Source: an uncultured Planctomycetaceae bacterium
GTDB lineage: Bacteria > Planctomycetota > Planctomycetia > Planctomycetales > Planctomycetaceae
DNA length: 64,000 nt
Direction of reading: 5' to 3'
NCBI GenBank assembly: GCA_963815195.1
Contig: CAWFGE010000022.1
Coordinates: 288,001 to 352,000, forward strand
The notes under the pieces are model-generated. The model saw nothing but the letters and a program-made list of their open reading frames with translations. It did no database searches and had not been told where the DNA came from. The translations under genes were made by a program, and so were the position numbers. Positions 1 to 8,810 of this stretch are shown piece by piece (positions within the stretch are counted from its first letter, which is position 1; every line of letters starts with the position of its first letter).

Positions 1-1
1 G

Positions 2-682
2 GAAGAAGACACGCTGATGCTCACGGGGGATCTCAACGCGGCTTCCGTCGAATGGACCATCCAATGGAAGATTCAAGATCCGCGGAATTACCTGTTCAGT
101 TTCTCGCAGCCCAACAAGGAGGACTACATCGAATCCGTGATTCACACCGCCGCCCAGACGGTGATGAATCGGCTCGTCGGCGATTATTCCATCGATGAGG
201 TCCTCACCGAAAAGCGCGGCGAGATCGCAGGCAAGGCTCGTGACGCGACGCAGGAGATTCTCGATCAATACCAATGTGGCGTGGCGATTATCGACTTGCA
301 GCTGCAGCGGGTCACGCCGCCCGCCAAGGTGAAGCCGGCGTTTGATGAAGTCAACTCGGCGATCCAGACGCGGGACAAACTCATCAGTGAAGCGAAAAAG
401 GAAAGCGAACAACTTCTGCCCGCGGCCGAGGCCCAGAAGGACTCGATGATCCAAGCGGCCAAGGGCTACGCCAAGTCCCGCCGGGCTTCCGTCGATGGGG
501 AACTCGAGGCGCTGCGGGCGAAGTACGCAGCCTACCGGCTGGCTCCCGATGTGACCCGCCGGCGGATGTATTTGGAAGCGATGGAAGAAGTGCTCAAGGG
601 CGTGGATTCCAAAGTCATCATCGATGCGGAACTCAACAAAGTGCTGCCCTTGCTGCGGCTCGATGAAGGAGGTGCGAAATGA
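2..682 (+). CDS. hflK: FtsH protease modulator HflK (SPFH/band 7), 5' end outside window
   Basis: MLTGDLN...VEWTIQWKIQDP, VTPPAKVKPAFDEVNSA and APDVTRRRMYLEAMEEVL match HflK; ATGA overlap with hflC; frame open to window start. Confidence 0.9.
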   Translation, partial: EEDTLMLTGDLNAASVEWTIQWKIQDPRNYLFSFSQPNKEDYIESVIHTAAQTVMNRLVGDYSIDEVLTEKRGEIAGKARDATQEILDQYQCGVAIIDLQLQRVTPPAKVKPAFDEVNSAIQTRDKLISEAKKESEQLLPAAEAQKDSMIQAAKGYAKSRRASVDGELEALRAKYAAYRLAPDVTRRRMYLEAMEEVLKGVDSKVIIDAELNKVLPLLRLDEGGAK

Positions 683-1830
683 GCCAGTTTCCCAAATGGA
701 TCTGGTGGGGCCTTGCCGGGACGATTTTGCTGTTGATCCTGGTGTTCGGTTCGATCTACACCGTGAGCGAACGCGAAGTGGCCGTGGTGCTCGAGTTCGG
801 CAAGCCCGTCGCCAGCCGGACCGAGCCGGGGTTGTATTTCAAAGCCCCCTTGATGCAGAACGTGGAGCGCTATCCCAAGACGCTCCAGTTCTGGCGGAGC
901 AGCGAGGGGGAAACGCTCGTCGATCTGCCCACCGCCGACAAAAAGAAAATCGAAGTCGCCGCGTGGGCGATCTGGCGGATCAAGGATCCCCAAAAGTTCC
1001 GCGAGGTTCTGGTGACGGTCGAGAACGCCGAGTCCAACGTCAAGGACCGCGTGCGGGCGGCGATTCGCGATGAGATCACGAGCCATAATCTTTCCGAAGT
1101 CATCCGCAGCACCGACCGCGAATTGACGTACTCGCTGCAGTTCGCGCAGCCGGATGTGATCGAAGAGGAACAAGACGCCAACGGCAACCCGGCCAACCAG
1201 AAGGAAGAGAACCTGATCCGAGGGGATGTGCCGCGATCGATCCAGCTCGGCCGCCGGGAAATCCTCGACCGCATTCGCGAGAACGTGCAAATGCGGCTTC
1301 AAGGCAAAGACGAGAAGGGCGGGACGGGCACGGATCGGGGCATCGAACTCGTGGATGTGGGGATTTACAACATCAGCTTTGTGCCCGCCGTCCGCGAGGC
1401 GGCGTTCGACCGCCTGAAAACCGCAATGGAAGCCATCGCCGCCAAGCACTACAACGAAGGCGTCAAGAAGAAGCAGGTGATTTTGAACGAAACCCACGCC
1501 GAGGTCGAGCGGATCACCGGCGAAGGCGAAGGCGAAAGCAGTTCGATCCGCGGCAAGATCGACGCGGAGATCATCACCGATTACGCAAAAGCCATCGAGG
1601 AGACGGGCGACTTTTTCAATTTCGACCGCACCTTGAAACTCTACAAGGAATCCTTGAGCGGAAAGTCGAACCGATTGATCTTGACGACGGACAGCGAACT
1701 TTTCCACCTCTTAAAAGAGCTTGACAAGGCGGCCAAACCGCCCACAATACCCGCCTCCAAAACCGCGACCACGGAAACTCCGAAAACCGGAACCAGGGAC
1801 GCTCCAAAAACCGGTGGCGAGTCACCGTGA
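679..1830 (+). CDS. hflC: FtsH protease modulator HflC (SPFH/band 7)
   Basis: N-terminal TM, VVLEFGKPV...EPGLYFKAP, PTADKKKIEV..WRIKDP, FFNFDRTLKLYKESL, LILTTDSELF; follows hflK. Confidence 0.9.
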   Translation: MSQFPKWIWWGLAGTILLLILVFGSIYTVSEREVAVVLEFGKPVASRTEPGLYFKAPLMQNVERYPKTLQFWRSSEGETLVDLPTADKKKIEVAAWAIWRIKDPQKFREVLVTVENAESNVKDRVRAAIRDEITSHNLSEVIRSTDRELTYSLQFAQPDVIEEEQDANGNPANQKEENLIRGDVPRSIQLGRREILDRIRENVQMRLQGKDEKGGTGTDRGIELVDVGIYNISFVPAVREAAFDRLKTAMEAIAAKHYNEGVKKKQVILNETHAEVERITGEGEGESSSIRGKIDAEIITDYAKAIEETGDFFNFDRTLKLYKESLSGKSNRLILTTDSELFHLLKELDKAAKPPTIPASKTATTETPKTGTRDAPKTGGESP

Positions 1831-1842
1831 TCGATTTGAGAC

Positions 1843-1867
1843 CACGAAAGACACGAAACCCACGAAA
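1843..1867. repeat. 9-nt period tandem repeat (CACGAAA-NN)x3
   Basis: CACGAAA at 1843, 1852, 1861; partial inverted copy TTTCGTGTCTT at 2040-2050. Confidence 0.7.
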
Positions 1868-2093
1868 AAATCGAAGGCGGAAGGTTCTCGTGCATTGTCA
1901 ACGCCAAAAACCGGGATCAGCCGGAACGCGCTCGCGCCCGGTTCGATCTGGAAAAAACCTGGGCTAGCGCCGCGGCGAATTCGTTCAACCGTTTGACGCA
2001 GCACTCGGCGAATCTTCTGCAACGCGAGACGCTCTGTCATTTCGTGTCTTCCGCGGTCCCCGTCTTTTTTCACCTCGTAAAACTGGATGCAGG

Positions 2094-3098
2094 ATGCACT
2101 ATTTTTTGCGAAGAGCGTTCGATTGGCCGGTGCGCCGGCACACCCCGTCCGAGGTTTATGCGCAGCGGAAAACGCATCGCCGGGAGTTCCTCCGGTGGAT
2201 GAGCCTCGGTGCGGCGTCTCCGTTTTTGTTCGGCTTGACGGGATGCAGCGAGCCGAGCGATCAGGAGATTTTCGATGCCGGGGCCGTGGACCGGCCGAGC
2301 GAAATTGAACGGTCCGCGTATCCCGCGAAGCGAAATCCCAAATACGAATACGGCCGGCCGGAAACGCCCCGCCGGGCTGTCGCCGAGTTCGCGAACTTTT
2401 ACGAGTTCACGTCCGACAAGGATGTGTGGAGACACATGCCACACTTTCATCCGTCAGACGATTGGAAAGTCCGGATCGACGGCGCCTGCCGAACCCCGAT
2501 GACCTGGGACATGGACGATCTGCACAATCGCATGAAAAGCAAGTTCGAGGAGCGGGCGTATCGGCACCGCTGCGTGGAAGCGTGGGCGATGTGCATTCCC
2601 TGGACGGGATTCCCGCTCGCGGAACTTCTGAAACTCGCCGATCCCAAGCCGTCGGCGAAATTCGTGGTATTCGAGACCTTCGGCCCGCGGGACGATGCCC
2701 CCAACATGACCGACAGCTCGTATCCCTGGCCTTACCGGGAAGGTCTATCGATCGAGGAAGCCAGGAACGAATTGGCGTTCATCGCCACCGGGGTTTACGG
2801 AGAGCCTCTGCCCAAGCAGCACGGCACCCCGCTGCGTCTGGTCGTGCCTTGGAAGTACGGATTCAAGAGCATCAAGTCGCTCGTGAAAATCACGCTGACC
2901 GAAGCCAGGCCCGAGACCTTCTGGCACAGCGTCTGGCCGGAGGCGTACAGTTTCGACGCCAACGTCAACCCCGAAAAGCCGCACCCCAGTTGGAGCCAGC
3001 GCACCGAAACCATGCTCGGCCCAAACCGCGAACGTTTTGACACAGAGCTTTACAACGGCTACGGAGAATATGTGGCCAAGCTCTATGGCGCGGTATAG
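2094..3098 (+). CDS. msrP: Protein-methionine-sulfoxide reductase catalytic subunit MsrP (molybdopterin oxidoreductase), Tat signal
   Basis: RREFL twin-arginine motif, NFYEF, YRHRCVEAWAM, WPYREGL, PKQHGTPLRLVVPWKYGFKSIKS, ANVNP..PHPSWSQ, YNGYGEYVAKLY. Confidence 0.92.
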   Translation: MHYFLRRAFDWPVRRHTPSEVYAQRKTHRREFLRWMSLGAASPFLFGLTGCSEPSDQEIFDAGAVDRPSEIERSAYPAKRNPKYEYGRPETPRRAVAEFANFYEFTSDKDVWRHMPHFHPSDDWKVRIDGACRTPMTWDMDDLHNRMKSKFEERAYRHRCVEAWAMCIPWTGFPLAELLKLADPKPSAKFVVFETFGPRDDAPNMTDSSYPWPYREGLSIEEARNELAFIATGVYGEPLPKQHGTPLRLVVPWKYGFKSIKSLVKITLTEARPETFWHSVWPEAYSFDANVNPEKPHPSWSQRTETMLGPNRERFDTELYNGYGEYVAKLYGAV

Positions 3099-3178
3099 AA
3101 TCGCAATTAGATCAACGGCAGCAGGAGGCTCCCGCGATTTGGGTTGGATCACTTTGATCAATAAATCGGGAGGGAATC

Positions 3179-3732
3179 ATGCCCGTCGCTCAATCCATTC
3201 GCTGCGACAGTTGCGGGCGCCTCTGCAAATTCCGCCGACCGCGCGGTTCGTGACCTGCCGGCATTGCTCCGCCGAGCTGGAAGTGCAGCGGAACGCGGAT
3301 GTCGTGTTTACGCAGATTCTGCAGAACGTGTCCGAGCAAATTCTCGAAACGCAATCGCAGTTGGATCAGTTCAAAAGGCAACAAGAACTGGACCGGTTGG
3401 ACGCCGAGTGGCAGAGGAAACGCCGCGACGACTACGGCAGCCTCTGCCCGGAAGATCCCACCGAGATGCCGGATTTTTGGAAGTCAGGAGGATGGCTGCT
3501 GTTGGCGATGATCCTGGTCACCATGACCGTGATCGTCGGGATCGTTCAAGGCAGTGCCGAGTTAACGGTTCCCATGCTATCGGTTTTACTGGTTTTTGGG
3601 ATTCTATTCGGGATCGAATGTTCCAAATATCATCTTTATCAGCAGGATTTGATCATCTACCGGAGACGGCGGATCAAACTTCAAAGCCCCGAACCAGTGG
3701 AAGCCGAGTACGAAGAAGAGGATGATTCATAG
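3179..3732 (+). CDS. Zinc-ribbon, coiled-coil and 2-TM hypothetical protein (apparent frameshift near 3217)
   Basis: GGAGG then ATG 3179 gives MPVAQSIRCDSCG; adding one base joins APLQIPPTARFVTCRHC (two CxxC motifs); two hydrophobic segments follow. Confidence 0.65.
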
Positions 3733-3772
3733 CGGCAGCGTTGAAGCGCCGAGAGAGCCGAAAAAACTTCTT

Positions 3773-3836
3773 CCGCTGACTTCGTGCGCGGCTCTTTGGA
3801 ACACTTTGTACCGCTGACTTCGTGCGCGGCTCTTTG
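3773..3836. repeat. REP-like family A (CCGCTGACTTCGTGCGCGGCTCT), two direct copies
   Basis: Identical units at 3773 and 3811; also at 13516-13573, 63017-63088, 63948-64000. Confidence 0.9.
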
Positions 3837-3849
3837 TTTCGGTCATCGC

Positions 3850-5161
3850 TTATTGCGGCGCGCTCATTTTCATTTGGTTTTCCCACTGCTCCCGTTGCGC
3901 GGGCGTGATGGGCGGGGTGAGCACGGAGCCGGTGGGCGTGGTCGCGGGCGGGGCTTGGGCTTCCGAAGCTTCGGGTTCGAAAAAGCCTCCGTCCGGTTCC
4001 TTCGCCGGCTGGCTGGCTTTCCAACCTTGTTGCGGAGCGGCGGGGACGGCGGCCGGTTCGGCTGGGGCAATGACAGGCTCAGTCGCCGGCGCGTCCGGGA
4101 TGGCTTCGGTCGGCGGATCCACGGGAGACATCTCCGGCGGCGTAGCCGAGAATTTGATCGGCGCGGCCGCGGGGCGGCTCACCGGGGAAGTCACAGGCTG
4201 AGGCGCCTCGGCAACTTCCGCGTGGATCAGATTCCGATAGGCCGGTACCTGAGCCGTCGGCTGAGCGGACGGTTTGATTGCCGCCCAGGGGGCGGGCTTC
4301 TCGGAGTGGGCGAGGCGGATGTGCGAAGTCCCCCGGTCCCCCGAAACCGTCGCGACTGGCCGGAGCGGACTCGCCTCGCGGGGCGGGAACGGTCTGGGGG
4401 CTTGGGCGAGGCCGGTGCTCCGGGGCCCCCGGAGTTTCCCATCGATCTCCGCTAGCAGGTTTTGCGCTTGTTGGAGTTGGGGATTGATCGCCAGGGCTTT
4501 CTCGAACCGGGCTTTGGCCATCTCGGTTTGCCCTTGCTCGTAGAGCAGATAGCCGATGTTGTAGTGGGCTTCCGCTTCGCCGAGCACGTGGCGAAACTGC
4601 GGAAAGGCCGCGGCCATGTCGCCCGACTGCGCCAACCCGATCGCGTAATGATAGCGAAACGTGGGTTCGTTGGGTTCGGCCTCGGCGGCTTGCTCCAGCA
4701 AAGGCAAGGCTTTGGTCCAATTCTTCTGCGACGCGTAGAACTGTCCGAGCGCGTTCGAGCGCGATGGGATCGTGCGGACGCGAGGCGAGGGCCTTTTGAA
4801 ATCCGGCTTCGGCCTCGGCGTTCATGCCCGTCAATTGGTCCAATCTCGCCAGGCCCAACTTGGCTTCCAGGGATTTGGGATTCTCCTTCAAGGCGAACTG
4901 GTAGGACTTGCGGGCATCGGCCAGGTCGCCCACGTCCTCGCGCCATTGGGCGTATCGCAGGTGCAGGTTGCCGGGATTCTGCAGTTTGTTGGTGGCGTCG
5001 TTTCGTTCCTGGCGCGCCTGCTCGTGCATTGTGGCGGGCTGACGTCCAAACCAGGAGAACAGGCGGCTGGGCTGATGCGGTCCCCCGGCACAACCCGTCA
5101 AAGCCACACTCGAACACGAAAGTCCGAGAACCCAGCCACGAATCGCTTGACCTTTCAACAC
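3850..5161 (-). CDS. TPR-repeat lipoprotein with Pro/Ala-rich C-terminal tail (apparent frameshift near 4757)
   Basis: GGAGG + GTG at 5161, lipobox LTGC, TPR helices (EAKLGLARL, AEAHYNIGYLL); removing one base joins IALNALGQFYASQ to ORF 3850..4707. Confidence 0.75.
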
Positions 5162-5232
5162 GCCGCACCTCCCTGCCCACGGGCTGATTGAGCCAGCGTC
5201 CGCTGACGCAGCCGAAGGGCAGATGATTGAAT

Positions 5233-6758
5233 TTACACCTGGCAGAAGAACCGCGTGGCGGTTTCTGCCAATAATTCCGGATTTAACGAAACGTCCTGTT
5301 TCTTGAATCGACAGATCGCCATCGCAATCTCCAATAAATCTCGCGGGTCGCTTGATCTGGGGGATTTCCCCTGGTCGTAGTAGTTGGCGAAGAGATAATC
5401 GACCGCGCGGGCGTCGTAGGGAATTTTTCTTTGATCGCAGCAAAGCTGGAAGATTTCGTTGTAGATTTCGCGCGTCGGCGGCCCGATGTGGATTTTGTGT
5501 CGAATCCGCCGCATGAAGGCTTCGTCCACCAATTCGTTCGGGTCGAGGTTTGTCGAGAACACGATGAGTTGCTCGAACGGGACGGCGAGTTTCTTGCCCG
5601 TGGCCAGCGTGAGAAAATCCACGTGCTCTTCCAGCGGCAGAATCCAGCGGTTGAGCAAATCGCGGGGGCTGACGATCTGCCGCCCGAAATCGTCGATCAA
5701 AAACACGCCGCTGTTCGCCTTGATGTGCAGCGGAGCGTTGTAAAAATTGCCTTCCGTGTGATAGCGGAGGTCGAGCATGTCCAACGTGAGTTCCCCGCCG
5801 GTGATGACGACCGGCCGCCGGACCCGCCGCCAGCGGAGGTCGGCGTGCGGCGATTCGCCTCCGAGGTCCGCCGACAGCACCACGGACGTCCCGGGCCCAT
5901 CCGCGAAGTCTTCCTGGTCTACGGGGACGTGCAGCGTGGGATCGAACACCGTGATAATGCTGCCGCCGGCATCGATGGCATAGGGCACGTAGACTTCGCC
6001 GCCGTGATCGTTGAGAAACCGCCCGAGGCCTTTGGCGATCATGGTTTTCCCATTGCCGGGCGGCCCGTAAACAAAGATCGATTTGCCGCTGCACACCGCG
6101 GGCCCGAGTTCTTCCAGGAGACCGGAGCGAATCACCAGGTCTTCAAAGGCTTGCTCCAAAGCCCCGGTTTCGCAGGGCACCGTCGAAACCCGCTGCTTTT
6201 TGCATTGGGCCACGTAATCTTCCAATGTCACCGGAGCGGGGCCCACATACCGGCAATGCTGAAAACATTCCTGCGCCCGCCGCGCCCGAGTTCCGTCAGA
6301 TTGAAGCGGTAAGACGCCGGGCCGATCAAATCGCCGGAAATCACCTCCAGGCATTTTTCGGACTTCAAAAACCTGAGGGCCTCTTCGACCAGTTGAAACG
6401 GCAGCCGCACGTTGCGGGCCAACTGGACGCCGAGCGTATTGCCCTGCAAATACAGGTGCTTGAGCAGCAAATCCGCCAGGGGCATCAGTCCAATGCCCGC
6501 TTCCTCGAATGTCGCCGGACACGTGGGGGCGGCGATGGCCGGGGCGGCCGGATGCGGATGGGGAGCGGGCGGGTTCTGGGAGCAAGGCGGTTCGTCCGCC
6601 GATTCTCCCAAACCCGGCAGCACCGGTTGCCGCGGCGAGGCAAACAGATCCGTGTAGAGATCCTTTCCCGTCGCGGAGAGTTCCGGACACCTTGCGGGTT
6701 GGCCCGGTTCGCCGGCGGACGGGCCGGACGGCGAGTCGAAATCGTTGCGATCGATCAT
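5233..6758 (-). CDS. AAA-family ATPase (apparent frameshift near 6283)
   Basis: Walker A GPPGNGKT, Walker B FLIDDFGRQ, LLNRWILPLE, FSTNL, DEAFMRRI; N-terminal part in ORF 6228..6791. Confidence 0.85.
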
Positions 6759-6823
6759 GGCATTTTCTGGCTCCGAATCGACGAAGAACACAAAGACTCA
6801 ACCCCAGGGTGCCGCAGGAAAAA

Positions 6824-6856
6824 CGAAACCCGGCTTCCTGCGGAAACCGGGTTTCG
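6824..6856 (-). terminator. Probable intrinsic terminator after the lipoprotein gene
   Basis: GAAACCCGGCTTCC-tgc-GGAAACCGGGTTTC hairpin, T-run follows on minus strand. Confidence 0.55.
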
Positions 6857-6919
6857 GCGACTTCGTCTCCATCACAACGTCAAGACCAAGGCGATTTCCA
6901 ACCTGCGGAAATCGGCGGA

Positions 6920-7601
6920 TTAGTTGCTCGCTCTGCTGCGCGGAGATTCGTACAAGATCCGCGGCTCAGGCAACGTGGTGACGAACTTGCGATATTGCGA
7001 ATCGATGTGCTGCGCAGGCAGGCCGAAAGGCGAGTCCGCGCAGAGCGCGACCTGCGGCACCTGGTCCGCTCCGATCATTTCCGCCGCCGCCGTTTGCACC
7101 GCCGCGATCCGCGACTGGCTGACCGCGGGCGACGAACCGGTTTGGACCCAGCACGTGCGGTATTCTTCCGGGGCGTTCTGGAGAATCCACTGCAAATGCG
7201 CTGAAGCCGGCCTGGTTGAGCTCGCAGGTCTCGTCGTCGAAGTGGTATTCGTACAAAGTGGTTTGCAGAATCCAGCCGTTGTCCACATGCGTTTGAATGT
7301 AGGTTCGAACGCTTTCCCGGTCCTGGCACATGTAGGGATAGGGCCAATAGTGGGCCGCGTGATACCGCTGCTTGCGCGGCAGTTGGGGCCCGGTCGGCCG
7401 CGGAAACGGAGGCCAGAGCTTGCCATAGCGGTAAACCTGCCGGGCTCCCACCGGCGAGCCGCCGTGGTAATCATAATAATCCTTACTGAAGATGCTCGGC
7501 GCATTGGGATCCCGGTCTTCCCAGTTCCACATGGAGCATCCCGACAAAACCAGCGTCGCCATCACGCCGGCGGCACCGGCGAGGCGTAAAACAAACGTCA
7601 T
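6920..7601 (-). CDS. Hypothetical lipoprotein (apparent frameshift near 7203)
   Basis: Signal with lipobox LSGC; WPPFPRP..YHAAHYWPYPY..QTTLYEYHFD; removing one base joins HLQWILQNAP to the stop at 6920. Confidence 0.7.
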
Positions 7602-7905
7602 CTCCATACCCCCCATTTAAGAGACCGAATTCGCGGCCCGTCCTCGACCGGCCTGCCTATCGCCATAGGCGGACCGGGAGCCCGCTGGTCCAATCCTTGC
7701 GGGCCTTGGGACGCGGAAACGCTCCTTCGGCTGAAACTCCATTTCCAGCGGGCGCTCGGCTCTCGGCGAGCTAAACTCGAAAAGCCTCGGCAACTTGCAA
7801 AATTGCCTACCCTTCCGAGACGACGCACCCGTGGTCGTTCTATCGGCATTCGCGCGGCGGAGGCATCATGCGAATCGTTGTGATGGTTCGGGGAATTTCA
7901 ACGAA

Positions 7906-8214
7906 TCAAGGAAGGAAAACGAAAATGTCGTCCCCCTCGACCCGCACGGGAAACGTGGCGTGCTGAAGGTTGGCATTCAAACAATGCCGGCCGCTGGTGA
8001 CGTCAAACTGCCACCCATGCCAGGGACAAGTCACGACCGAGCCGGCTAACGCTCCTTGGCCCAATGGACCGCCCGCGTGCGGACACACCCCGTCCATCGC
8101 ATAATACACGCCCTCCACGTTAAACAGCGCCACCACCCGCCCGGCCGCGGCCAGTTCCTTCCCCGTGCCCGCGGGAATCTCGTCCACCTTCCCCACTCGA
8201 ACCCATTCACTCAC
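7906..8214 (-). CDS. Rieske [2Fe-2S] ferredoxin
   Basis: CPHAGGPL and VTCPWHGWQFD Rieske motifs; GTG start inferred. Confidence 0.9.
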   Translation of the reverse strand: MSEWVRVGKVDEIPAGTGKELAAAGRVVALFNVEGVYYAMDGVCPHAGGPLGQGALAGSVVTCPWHGWQFDVTSGRHCLNANLQHATFPVRVEGDDIFVFLP

Positions 8215-8302
8215 GAACACACCTCGCCAGAAATGCGGAACCAAAACCCGATTGTCCAACGCCTCGAGGAAAAGCACAAGCCGACCGGCTTTGCCCCGCT
8301 TC

Positions 8303-8341
8303 GTCCCCTCTCCCCTTGGGGGAGAGGGTTAGGGTGAGGGG
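8303..8341. repeat. 39-bp inverted repeat, left arm (internal hairpin)
   Basis: GTCCCCTCTCCCCTTGGGGGAGAGGGTTAGGGTGAGGGG is the exact reverse complement of 8753-8791. Confidence 0.95.
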
Positions 8342-8351
8342 GCCGGACGGT

Positions 8352-8735
8352 TTAATCCGTCCGATTCTTGACCGATTCTCCTCGCTTCCAGTCCAACGCT
8401 TTCACCTCGCGAGCAATCGCAACGTCCTCCAACACGTCTTCGTTTGCAAATCGGACCACACGATAGCCTTCCGCTTCGAGGTATTGTTGGCGATTTCTAT
8501 CTGCATCGAAGATGTCGTCGTGATAACCCCCATCAATTTCAATAATGAGTTTCAAATCCTGGCAGACAAAATCCACGATGAATGGGTCAATGGATTGCTG
8601 ACGCCGAAATTTGAGGCCTTCCAAGCGACGATTTCTGACGACCGCCCAAACGAGTTGCTCCGGTTTCGTACTCGCACGTCGAAGCTGACGGCGGTGAGTC
8701 TTCGACTTATCTGTCTTGTGAGGCTTTTGATTCAT
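8352..8735 (-). CDS. DUF559 / Vsr-like endonuclease domain protein
   Basis: RQLRRASTKPEQLVW, KFRRQ, FIVDF, LIIEIDGGYH, DRNRQQYLEAEGYRVVRF; visibly lower GC than neighbours. Confidence 0.9.
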   Translation of the reverse strand: MNQKPHKTDKSKTHRRQLRRASTKPEQLVWAVVRNRRLEGLKFRRQQSIDPFIVDFVCQDLKLIIEIDGGYHDDIFDADRNRQQYLEAEGYRVVRFANEDVLEDVAIAREVKALDWKRGESVKNRTD

Positions 8736-8752
8736 TTGAGAACCCTTGGTTT

Positions 8753-8791
8753 CCCCTCACCCTAACCCTCTCCCCCAAGGGGAGAGGGGAC
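8753..8791. repeat. 39-bp inverted repeat, right arm
   Basis: CCCCTCACCCTAACCCTCTCCCCCAAGGGGAGAGGGGAC. Confidence 0.95.
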
Positions 8792-8810
8792 AAGACACGA
8801 CTTTCCACAA

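Noticed and set aside
3773..3836. Two direct ~25-bp repeats as a possible CRISPR array
   Set aside because: Only two units, ~12-bp spacer, no cas genes, and the same unit is dispersed as inverted doublets elsewhere.
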